From positions 124,001-188,000 of the forward strand of contig NIVC01000985.1 in the NCBI GenBank assembly GCA_002269645.1: 64,000 nt of DNA, written 5' to 3'. This document shows, piece by piece, positions 1-9,764 of the stretch. The notes under the pieces were generated by a model that saw only the letters and a program-made list of their open reading frames with translations, did no database searches and was not told where the DNA came from. Numbering within the stretch: the stretch's first letter is position 1; the number at the start of each line of letters is the position of its first letter. The position numbers and the translations under genes are program-made. This stretch comes from Macrostomum lignano. Its lineage: Eukaryota.

Positions 1-85
1 CACGCTCCAAATTGAATGCGGCCGGCCGCGCACGGAATCGAACCTGGGGTCGTGGCGCAATAGTCAGATGGATTTCTAAGAAAGC
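1..85 (-). mobile_element. tRNA-derived SINE fragment in the EXOSC4 intron
   Basis: Minus strand reads ATCTGACTATTGCGCCACGACCCCAGGTTCGATTCCGT: a Pol III B box (GGTTCGATTCC) in a context similar to the copy at 53940-54080. Confidence 0.45.
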
Positions 86-217
86 AAGGTTAACTAAATC
101 CTACACATTGCCGTGTCGGAAATTTTCAATGTTTTTTTCTGCAGAACAGGTAACCGAAATCCGAGAGATAAGTTCTAGTTAATCCAGAACCTTCCATCTC
201 CAAAGCCAAAAACATGC

Positions 218-586
218 CTGAACTCGAATCTCAATCTGAGACCGTCTGTACAGCTGCTTGAGCACAACGCCGCCCAGGGCCTCCTCGATGAGCAGGGCGG
301 TCTCGTCCTGCTTGCGGTCGCCGCGGCCCCGGCGCCGACGCTCCGTCATGCTGGCAAACGGCGGCTTGTTGTACAACACGCGCAGCACGCAGTCCTCCTC
401 GGGTGACAGGTCGGCAGCTCTGGCCTGAGCGGGGCCGTGCACAGTGGCTAACAGGCGCGAGTTGCCGTGCTCAAGCAGAGCCGAGCCGTCAGCCTGCGGC
501 TGCGTGCCTAATTGGGCCCTCAACAGGCGGTGCTCGTTTGGCCGGCGACCGTCAACTCGACGACCGTTGAGTAGGATGTCCGTCAT
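218..586 (-). CDS. EXOSC4: Exosome complex component RRP41 (RNase PH-like), first coding exon, 123 codons; the rest lies outside the window
   Basis: Motifs RVDGRR, QADGSALLEHGNSRLLATVHGP, RRRRGRGDRK and LYRRSQIEIRVQ match the Rrp41 family. The exon ends at CAG|GCATGT (GC donor at 217). Confidence 0.92.
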
Positions 587-625
587 TAGGGAATCCGGGT
601 TCTACTCTGGGCGAATACTGCCGAA

Positions 626-645
626 CTGTAAGCAAAAATAGGTGA
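626..645 (-). promoter_or_regulatory. Splice acceptor 39 nt upstream of the EXOSC4 ATG (5'UTR intron or trans-splice site)
   Basis: Minus strand TATTTTTGCTTACAG|TTCGG with the AG at 627-626. Confidence 0.45.
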
Positions 646-789
646 TCAATTGAGACTCGAACTCGCGTCTCGCGATAGGTGACTCATGCGACTTGTCACT
701 TGGGAATTGGGGAGGGTTTTCATGGGAAGTTAGTTTTTTAGGGGGGGATTAGAGGAGATTCTGAAGGGGATCAAATTAGAGGAGATTTA

Positions 790-1760
790 TAAGGGGAATT
801 CGAGTAGATTCTTAAGTGGAATTTGAGTAGATTCTTAAGTGGAATTAGAGGAGATTCTTAAGTGGAATTTGAGTAGATTCTTAAGTGGAATTAGAGTAGA
901 TTCTTAAGTGGAATTTGAGTAGATTCTTAAGTGGAATTCGAGGAGATTCTTAAGTGGAATTAGAGTAGATTCTTAAGTGGAATTTGAGTAGATTCTTAAG
1001 TGGAATTCGAGGAGATTCTTAAGTGGAATTAGAGTAGATTCTTAAGTGGAATTTGAGTAGATTCTTAAGTGGAATTCGAGGAGATTCTTAAGTGGAATTA
1101 GAGGAGATTCTTAAGTGGAATTCGAGTAGATTCTTAAGTGGAATTTGAGTAGATTCTTAAGTGGAATTAGAGGAGATTCTAAGTGGAATTCGAGTAGATT
1201 CTTAAGTGGAATTAGAGGAGATTCTTAAGTGGAATTCGAGTAGATTCTTAAGTGGAATTTGAGTAGATTCTTAAGTGGAATTAGAGGAGATTCTTAAGTG
1301 GAATTAGAGTGGATTCTTAAGTGGAATTAGAGTGGATTCTTAAGTGGAATTAGAGTGGATTCTTAAGTGGAATTAGAGGAGATTCTTAAGTGGAATTAGA
1401 GTGGATTCTTAAGTGGAATTAGAGGAGATTCTTAAGTGGAATTAGAGTGGATTCTTAAGTGGAATTAGAGTAGATTCTTAAGTGGAATTTGAGTAGATTC
1501 TTAAGTGGAATTAGAGGAGATTCTTAAGTGGAATTAGAGTGGATTCTTAAGTGGAATTAGAGGAGATTCTTAAGTGGAATTAGAGTGGATTCTTAAGTGG
1601 AATTAGAGTAGATTCTTAAGTGGAATTTGAGTAGATTCTTAAGTGGAATTAGAGGAGATTCTTAAGTGGAATTAGAGTGGATTCTTAAGTGGAATTAGAG
1701 GAGATTCTTAAGTGGAATTAGAGGAGATTCTTAAGTGGAATTAGAGTAGATTTTTAAGTG
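790..1760. repeat. 23-bp minisatellite
   Basis: Tandem units GAGTAGATTCTTAAGTGGAATT(T/A/C) with degenerate flanks. Confidence 0.95.
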
Positions 1761-2353
1761 GAATTTGATGAGAATTTTTGGTGGAATCAGAGGAGATTCT
1801 AAAAGTATATTTAAAGGATATTATTAAGTGGAATTTAAAGAGATACATAAGTGGAATTGGAGAAGATTCTAAAAGGACATTCATTTAAGATTCCTATAAG
1901 AAGTTCGAGATTCATAATCGTTATTGTAAGGAAATTAACGAGATCAAGAGATGTTATACTATAGGCTAGCTAGAGTTTCATATGCCACAGTCACACTTTA
2001 TTAACTACTCAATAACGACTCTGAAACTCTGCTTAAAAAGCAGGTAACGTTCTCATGTTTGGTTTGGCTTCAGAATTCTATTATAGAGAATTTTCCGTGG
2101 GCTGATCATAAACAGTTTTACTAATCTATCGTCAGGGAGCAGTCTTGATTGCACAGACAGTTGATTTTTCAAATCCTCAGTCTCAACAGGTTGGACCTTT
2201 GAGATCTTGTTAAACCCGATAAAAGCACATGTACAGACAATTATACTCTTATATAGGTGTTCCTTTTTATAGCCCAATTAGTTTAGATAAATAGCAAGAA
2301 CAAAACATAACAATCAAAGTCAAAAACGACATTACAGAAAGAACCATGACGTA

Positions 2354-2359
2354 TTTATT
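2354..2359 (-). terminator. Candidate polyadenylation signal for ELP2
   Basis: First clear minus-strand AATAAA that I found downstream of the ELP2 stop, followed by a U/GU-rich tract. Confidence 0.35.
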
Positions 2360-2569
2360 GATCTAGAGAAATGAGAGCATGGCATAAACCAGTTTTAAAA
2401 GCAAACAGCAAGGAAGACTAATTCATTATCAAGCTTATGCAGGCCGTCAATTTTGGCGTGAATGTAGATTACATAAGAGAAAATCTACAACAGAAGTTAC
2501 GCGAAATGCATTGCTTCTGCAAATACGCATCCGATTGCAATTTAAGCCGGTTTTAGACCGGTTAAGGGC

Positions 2570-3135
2570 GATTCGCAAGTGGGCTAGTGGTGTCAGGGGC
2601 GATTCTTGGATTGGTTAGTGGCGTCAGGGGCGATTCTCGGGTGGGCTAGTGGCGTCAAGAGCGATTCTCAGGTGGGCTAGTGGCGTCAAGAGCGATTCTC
2701 AGGTGGGCTAGTGGCGTCAAGAGCGATTCTCAGGTGGGCTAGTGGCGTCAAGAGCGATTCTCAGGTGGGCTAGTGGCGTCAAGAGCGATTCTCAGGTGGG
2801 CTAGTGGCGTCAAGAGCGATTCTCAGGTGGGCTAGTGGCGTCAAGAGCGATTCTCAGGTGGGCTAGTGGCGTCAAGAGCGATTCTCAGGTGGGCTAGTGG
2901 CGTCAAGAGCGATTCTCAGGTGGCTAGTGGCGTCAAGAGCGATTCTCAGGTGGGCTAGTGGCGTCAAGAGCGATTCTCAGGTGGGCTAGTGGCGTCAAGA
3001 GCGATTCTCAGGTGGGCTAGTGGCGTCAAGAGCGATTCTCAGGTGGGCTAGTGGTGTCCGGGGCGATTCTTGGCTGGGCTAGTGGTGTCAGGGGCGATTC
3101 TTGGCTGGGCTAGTGGTGTCAGGGGCGATTCTTGG
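2570..3135. repeat. 31-bp minisatellite just downstream of the ELP2 stop
   Basis: Tandem GTGGGCTAGTGGCGTCAAGAGCGATTCTCAG. Confidence 0.95.
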
Positions 3136-3175
3136 CTGGACTAGTGGTCTCAGGATCAAAGAATAACGATTGATA

Positions 3176-4191
3176 TCATGAGTCGGAGACTTCCTCATCT
3201 CTGCAAATCCGCAGCAGCCGCACAGTCGCATCGGCCGAACAGCTGGCCAGACAGTCAGGCTGTCCGGGTCGAAACGCCAGCTGGCGCACGGTGGCCGCGT
3301 GCACCGACGCCACAATGGCGATCGGCGCCAGGCGCCAACCACCAGCCGACGCCGAATCGGCGCCAGGCGCCAGCACACTAATCAACGCTACGGCGCCAGA
3401 TTCCAAACCGGCGGCGCAGCAAAATTCTGTTGCTGTTGCTGTAGGTCGAAAGCTCAGCGCCGTCACCGCGGCATCCAGCTCCAGCGAGGCCACTGGCTCC
3501 GGCTGCTCCACCTTCGTCTCAGTCGGCGCTGCCAACGCCGCCAACCAGACGGAGATTCGACGATCTCGCGAACCGGTGGCAAAGAATTTCTCTGCCTCAT
3601 CATCTGCGGAGGTCGGCGGCCAGGCGCAGGACCATACGATGCGGGCGTGAGCGGCCCGCCTGGCGCTGAGCAGTTGGATCTGACTGTCGGAGTCCTCGTC
3701 GTCCGGCAGTCGCCAGAGGCTCCAGCCGCGGTCGCGCGACACGGCTAGCAAACGTCTGCCAGACGAGTCGAATGCTAATTGCGCCACAGTGAGGCCGTGA
3801 TGCTCCAGCGTTTGGCGCCAGCTTGGACTCCAGTCTGGCGCCAAGCGCCAAACCAAAATGCCGGCCTGGTCGGGTTGGGTGGCCCGGCAAGCGGCCGCTA
3901 GGAGGCGTCGGCCCGGACAGGCGGCCAGCGATTGAACCTCGCCGCCGTGGCCGAACAGCTTGCGGACCTCCGGCCACAGGCCGCCATCGGCCAGAGCGTC
4001 TTCGCTTGGAGGCTCCTCCGGGTCGGCGGCGCCGCTTCCTCGCTGCCCGACGTTGTCGACTGCATTGGCTGGTTTGACAGGCCGAGCGACGGTACTTGGG
4101 CGTACTCGGGCTCGGCTGAATCCGCGGAGTCGGTTGGGTTCGGCGGCTCGCTGCGCTTCAGCTCGGGACAGCTAGGGTCGGCATTCGAGAC
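3176..4191 (-). CDS. ELP2: Elongator complex protein 2, exon 4 (last); contains a 1-nt frameshift between about 4072 and 4019
   Basis: Acceptor GGCAG|GTC at 4192. AQVPSLGLSNQ is in the entry frame. EEPPSEDALADGGLWPEVRKLFGHGGEV, AHARIVWSCAW, FATGSRD and LASCSADATVRL are in the shifted frame. TGA at 3178-3176. Confidence 0.88.
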
Positions 4192-4269
4192 CTGCCGTGC
4201 GTATTACTTATGGTCAAGTACTTTTCGAGTATTTTTTAGCTGAGAACTACCCGAGTAATACCCCAGGTT

Positions 4270-4755
4270 TAGCACTTCTGAGTATTCTGGCTTTGACTGA
4301 GCACTTTTCGAGCATTCTGGCTTTGACTGAGCACTTCTGAGTATTCTGGCTTTGACTGAGCACTTTTCGAGCATTCTGGCTTTGACTGAGCACTTCTGAG
4401 TATTCTGGCTTTGACTGAGCACTTCTCGAGTATTCTGGCTTTGACTGAGCACTTCTCGAGTATTCTGGCTTTGACTGAGCACTTCTGAGTATTCTGGCTT
4501 TGACTGAGCACTTCTCGAGTATTCTGGCTTTGACTGAGCACTTTTCGAGCATTCTGGCTTTGACTGAGCACTTCTCGAGCATTCTGGCTTTGACTGAGCA
4601 CTTCTCGAGCATTCTGGCTTTGACTGAGCACTTTTCGAGCATTCTGGCTTTAACTGAGCACTTTTCGAGCATTCTGGCTTTGACTGAGCACTTCTCGAGC
4701 ATTCTGGCTTTGACTGAGCACTTCTCGAGCATTCTGGCTTTGACTGAGCACTTTC
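4270..4755. repeat. 29/30-bp minisatellite in ELP2 intron 3
   Basis: Tandem GAGCACTTCTCGAGTATTCTGGCTTTGACT. Confidence 0.95.
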
Positions 4756-4842
4756 TATATGTAAGTCAAAGCCCAATTTAGATTTGGTTTGGCCTAAATA
4801 TTTTCGATTAGGCGCACCTGACAATTGACTATCTAAACCTAC

Positions 4843-5466
4843 CTGAGCCAGGACAGTCCGAAATCCATTGGGAGCGCGGAACAAGCGCACGGGTTTCTCC
4901 TCAGCCGCGCTGGCATAGACCCGGCAGCCGCTGTCGTCTAGAAAGGCCAGCGCGGTCATATCGTAACCGTGCACCTGCGGCCTGGCCAGCTGGCCCCATC
5001 GGCCGCCAAGCCTACGGCACGGCCCGTGCGCCCGGCAGGTTTGATCAGACGATGCGCTCAACAAATAAGCGCCGCCTGGCGACCAGGCTATCGACTCAAC
5101 TGGCGCCGAATGCCCGCCGAAGCAGCCCAGTGGGCGCCAGCGAGTTGCCTCGCCAGTTTCGCCGCCTTCAACCCGAGTCCACAGGCTGAGCGCGCCGTTG
5201 AATCCGCAGGCTAACAATGATTGACCGCCAGCCGACAGCAAATCAGGCGGACTGGGCAGGCCAAGCAGGAAGCCAAGTTGATTGCCGCCGAGTGAGCCGA
5301 CGCGGTCGCGCTCCAGCCAGAGTCCGCCAGCGTCTGCCTGCGGCTGCCAGACCACCAGGCTGCGGTCCATGCTGCTCGTTAGCAGCCGCAACTGGGGCTG
5401 ACGATCGGCGCCATCATCATCATTGACAGAGAAGAATCTGACGGAGGTGACGGCCGAATCGTGGCC
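4843..5466 (-). CDS. ELP2: ELP2 exon 3 (208 codons)
   Basis: Acceptor GCGCAG|GGC and donor CAG|GTAGGT. Encodes LLTSSMDRSLVVW, RVGSLGG, GHSAPVESIAW, LLSASSDQTCR, LARPQVHGYD and SAAEEKPVRLFRAP, all ELP2 signature segments. Confidence 0.92.
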
Positions 5467-5510
5467 CTGCGCGAGTAGGCGTCAGTGAGACTTTAACTGA
5501 ATGATCAGCT

Positions 5511-5595
5511 CAGTAGAGCTAAGCCCACTGATTAGCCCAGTAGAGCTAAGCCCGCTGATTAGCCCAGTAGAGCTAAGCCCGCTGATTAGCCCAGC
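5511..5595. repeat. 27-bp unit, about 3 copies, in ELP2 intron 2
   Basis: CAGTAGAGCTAAGCCCGCTGATTAGCC in tandem. Confidence 0.85.
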
Positions 5596-5627
5596 GGAAA
5601 GCACAATAAAAGCAGCAAGCCGCACAC

Positions 5628-6080
5628 CTGCAGCACGGATTCCAGTCGAATTGCAATCCGCCCGAAGCCCACGCCAGCCTCAGAAGCCACCTGACGGTCA
5701 ACATCGAGCAGACGAGCCGGCCGCTTGCCATCGCTATAATTGTCGCCTTTGCCAGTCACCGCAGCGTTGTCATAATCTGGCAGACGCTCCAGCCGCCACA
5801 GCCTGACCGTGGAGTCCTGACTAGCCGTGGCAATCAGAGCACACCCCTCCTGGTCGGGCAATTCCACCCAGTCGATGTCGCGCACCCAGTCCTGGTGGCC
5901 GCCGCTGACGCGAATTACTCGCCGAATCGCCTCGCCACCAGCGGTTTCGGCCAGATTCAATGCGCCATCGTCGTCGCCGTAGGCCAACAGCACCGAATTG
6001 TTGAACCGGATGAGCCGCAGGCCGAATGCGAACCCGCCGCCGAGGCTGATGTCGTCAACACGAGACACTGACCAAGCCGG
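5628..6080 (-). CDS. ELP2: ELP2 exon 2 (151 codons)
   Basis: Acceptor TGGCAG|CCG and donor CAG|GTGTGC, both phase 0. Encodes GHQDWVRDIDW, IATASQDSTVRLWRL and IRLESVLQ, which joins GHDSAV in exon 3. Confidence 0.9.
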
Positions 6081-6770
6081 CTGCCATTGAAAATTAAACA
6101 ATATTATTAATTAGGCACTCGCTTTGGCCAGCAGAGACGGAGCACACAAAGACTATTAGGGAACTTTAGGGAGAATCTTTACGCGCGATCATTGTCGAGG
6201 AGGAATTCCCGGGGAAATCTCTGGAAGCGATTCCCAAGTGGAAACCATATTCTTAGGGGAAATTCCTAAAGGGAGAATTCTCTGACAAAGATTCCCGAGT
6301 GGAAGCCGGCAGTTAGGAAAGTCCGGGGTACCTGCGTGAAAATTAATGAAAGTGCCTCCTTTTGGCAGAAGAAAGCCAAAATGCAAGAAATTTCCGGGGA
6401 AATTCCGGGAGAATCGCTGGAAGTGCAGGGGGTTTTTGGGGAGAGAAACTGACAGTTGAAAGTGAGAGGAATTCCGTAGGAATCTTTCGGGTAATTTTCT
6501 TAAGATGAAAATCATGGGGGATAATTAAATGGGGAATTTCATGTTGCGATTCTCATTATTGATAGGTAAAATCACGGTGGGGAATCCCGGAAGGAATTTG
6601 GGGGAGACTCTTTCAAAAGTGATTTCTTTCGGAGAGGAAGCTAAAAGCTTAAAAAATATTCTACCTGTGAAGTGCTCCATTCCCAGCTCTAAAGCTCCTA
6701 TCCTGCATTGAATGTGTTACCTACCAATGAAAATACTCCAACAAGCAGAAGCTGAGGATTCTCAGCCAAT

Positions 6771-7050
6771 AGGGAGCAGTAAAAAGTGGTTGTAGCCTAG
6801 TGACTAGAGCGTTGGGCTCACTGAAAGGTCGGGGGTTCGATTCTCGACCCACTCGGAACAGTTCGTGTCCTTGAGCAAGACACTTAACTCTGCATTGCTT
6901 CAGTTCACCCAGCTGTAAAATGGGTGCCAGCATTAGCTGGGGTAATTGAGGGTGTGTGTGGCGACCCCCAGTCATTGGACTGAACAGCCGTACGCAGCCT
7001 TCAGATGCGCCGCAAAATAGCTGCGGCTGAGCTATCGGTTGCACATCTGC
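6771..7050 (+). mobile_element. tRNA-derived SINE with a CORE-type central domain, in ELP2 intron 1
   Basis: A box TAGCCTAGTGA (6793) and B box GGTTCGATTCT (6834). These are followed by GTGTCCTTGAGCAAGACACTTAAC...CAGTTCACCCAGCTGTAAAATGGG, resembling the MIR/CORE consensus GTGACCTTGGGCAAGTTACTTAAC...CTGTAAAATGGG. The 3' boundary is approximate. Confidence 0.75.
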
Positions 7051-7149
7051 CCATTAAGGCAGGTGTAATCGAAAAAAAATCACAGTGAAACCATCAAATA
7101 CATCGGACTCTAAGTAAGCAACCCCAGTGATTGCATTAAGATACTTCAC

Positions 7150-7614
7150 CTGACTATTGACTAGCCGCCACAGCACCAGTCGATGATCCGAGCCGGCCGT
7201 GGCCACCAGAGCCCCAGTCGGTTCGCCGTGCAGCACTCCAGAGTCAACAGCCAGACCGTCAACATTCTCCAGTGTAGTCTGGCTGCCGTGCCCGCCGCTC
7301 AAACAGGCCAGACTGTCCAGCTGGCAGTCGGGCCCACCGGCAAGCCACAGTCTAGCGGTGCCGTCAGCCGAGCAGGACAGGCCGAGGCGCCGCTGCTGAT
7401 GGTCGGAGTCGGCCACCCAGCGCACCGCCGTCACACTCGCCGTGTGGCAGCCTCCGACCAGGCGAACCAGCCGACGCTCCGGACCAGGCGGGGCCAACCG
7501 GGCGAGGCCGACGCAGGATTGGACGGCGCATAACAACAAGCCATCAGGACCCCAGTCGGCCGGCCGGGCGCACTGGTTCAGATTGGCCGATATGTACTCC
7601 GAATATATTCGAGC
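7150..7614 (-). CDS. ELP2: ELP2 exon 1 (155 codons); no ATG, begins at a splice acceptor
   Basis: Acceptor AATTCAG|GCT and donor CAG|GTGAAG. ARIYSEYISANLNQCARPADW, GCHTASVTAVRW, SCSADGTARLW and VATAGSDHRLVLW align with the N-terminal WD40 repeats of ELP2. Confidence 0.85.
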
Positions 7615-7639
7615 CTGAATTGCGAATACAGAGCATAGA

Positions 7640-9150
7640 TTGACTGGCTTGGCTGTCTGAGATGGCACTGGCTTGACTATGTGAGATGGCACTGGCTTGA
7701 CTATGTGAGATGGCACTGGCTTGACTATGTGAGATGGAACTGGCTTACTGTGTGAGATGGAACTGGCTTGACTGTGTGAGATGGCACTGGCTTGACTGTG
7801 TGAGATGGCACTGGCTTGACTATGTGAGATGGAACTGGCTTGACTATGTGAGATGGAACTGGCTTGACTATGTGAGATGGCACTGGCTTGACTATGTGAG
7901 ATGGAACTGACTTGACTGTGTGAGATGGAACTGGCTTGACTGTGTGAGATGGCACTGGCTTGGCTGTGTGAGATGGCACTGGCTTGACTGTGTGGAACTG
8001 GCTTGACTGTGTGAGATGGCACTGGCTTGACTATGTGAGATGGAACTGGCTTGACTATGTGAGATGGAACTGGCTTGACTATGTGAGATGGCACTGGCTT
8101 GACTGTGTGAGATGGAACTGGCTTGGCTGTGTGAGATGGAACTGGCTTGACTGTGTGAGATGGCACTGGCTTGGCTGTGTGAGATGGCACTGGCTTGACT
8201 GTGTGGAACTGGCTTGACTGTGTGAGATGGCACTGGCTTGACTATGTGAGATGGAACTGGCTTGACTATGTGAGATGGAACTGGCTTGACTATGTGAGAT
8301 GGCACTGGCTTGACTGTGTGAGATGAAACTGGCTTACTGTGTGAGATGGAACTGGCTTGACTGTGTGAGATGGCACTGGCTTGACTATGTGAGATGGAAC
8401 TGACTTGACTGTGTGAGATGGAACTGGCTTGACTGTGTGAGATGGCACTGGCTTGGCTGTGTGAGATGGCACTGGCTTGACTGTGTGGAACTGGCTTGAC
8501 TGTGTGAGATGGCACTGGCTTGACTATGTGAGATGGCACTGGCTTGGCTGTGTGAGATGGCACTGGCTTGACTGTGTGAGATGGCACTGGCTTGACTATG
8601 TGAGATGGAACTGACTTGACTGTGTGAGATGGAACTGGCTTGACTGTGTGAGATGGCACTGGCTTGACTGTGTGAGATGGCACTGGCTTGACTGTGTGAG
8701 ATGGAACTGGCTTGACTATGTGAGATGGCACTGGCTTGGCTGTGTGAGATGGCACTGGCTTGACTGTGTGAGATGGAACTGGCTTGACTGTGTGAGATGG
8801 CACTGGCTTGACTGTGTGAGATGGAACTGGCTTGGCTGTGTGAGATGGAACTGGCTTGACTGTGTGAGATGGCACTGGCTTGACTGTGTGAGATGGAACT
8901 GGCTTGACTGTGTGAGATGGCACTGGCTTGACTATGTGAGATGGCATTGGCTTGACTGTGTGAGATGGAACTGGCTTGACTGTGTGAGATGGCACTGGCT
9001 TGACTGTGTGAGATGGCACTGGCTTGACTGTGTGAGATGGCACTGGCTTGACTGTGTGAGATGGCACTGGCTTGACTATGTGAGATGGCACTGGCTTGAC
9101 TGTGTGAGATGGCACTGGCTTGACTATGTGAGATGGAACTGGCTTGGGTG
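7640..9150. repeat. About 24-bp minisatellite immediately upstream of ELP2 exon 1
   Basis: Tandem TGTGAGATGG(C/A)ACTGGCTTGACT(G/A), with occasional shorter units. Confidence 0.97.
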
Positions 9151-9764
9151 AGGTGAGGATGAGGATGAGGTGAGGATTGGGTGAGATGGCAGTAACTTAA
9201 TCATTGGTACTGTATGACAGAAGTATTGGGATAAAGATATTGCCAGCTATAACATTAGGACAGGAACTAAGGGGTCAGGAATGACATAAAAAAGCTAGGT
9301 TAAATAAGAATAAAGGAGACCTCAGCACTAATTTTCAGCCATAAAAAACTGTACATGGCTTCAGAAAAATTGCTATAGCACGAGATTACGCAAGCGCATT
9401 GGACTACACACACATTATTGCGACCAATTTATATTAAATAACTCATATAAATTATGTATAAGTAAAAAGCTGAGCTAATTTAAAATTTGTAATAATAAAA
9501 AACTTATTCAAATATAGTATCCCAATTGGAAACAATACATCGATTTAGCTAATCAAGGCTACTCGTTAAGCAGTTGAACGCATGCGGTTATTAGGAAAAG
9601 GCTGAACAATGCAAATTTGATTGCTTGTACACTGGGAAAGCGTAACTTCAATAAAAATATGGCTATAAGTTGCTATTTGCTTTTGTATAAGTTTGCTGGA
9701 AGATAGCGACACTGTTTTTTTGAAGACTTTAATCATTCGGGAATAAAGGCTACAGATTGCGGCA

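Noticed and set aside
132-155. Plus-strand 5-nt micro-exon (TTTTTTTCTGCAG|AACAG|GTAACC)
   Set aside because: It is antisense to the EXOSC4 intron, isolated, and has no partner exons, so it is likely chance.
4035-4060. 26-nt mini-intron (GTCGAC...GAAG) that would repair the ELP2 frame
   Set aside because: Too short, with a poor donor and no pyrimidine tract. A 1-nt indel is more parsimonious.
4204-4842. In-frame read-through of ELP2 exon 3 into SAQSKPECSR repeats
   Set aside because: There is a good donor (CAG|GTAGGT) at 4842 and ELP2 homology resumes at 4191, so the repeat is intronic.
6787-6860. Functional tRNA gene
   Set aside because: A and B boxes are present, but I could not form a convincing acceptor stem, and the sequence continues into a SINE core with no oligo-T terminator.
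6930-7050. Hammerhead ribozyme in the SINE tail, by analogy with schistosome Sm-alpha
   Set aside because: No CTGANGA...GAAA catalytic core was found.
7615-9151. PSHTVKPV / SHSQASAI repeat ORFs as an N-terminal extension of ELP2 or a repeat protein
   Set aside because: They are translations of a 24-bp minisatellite, start at GTG, and are broken by unit-length variants. The single ATG near 8947 is not in a frame continuous with ELP2.
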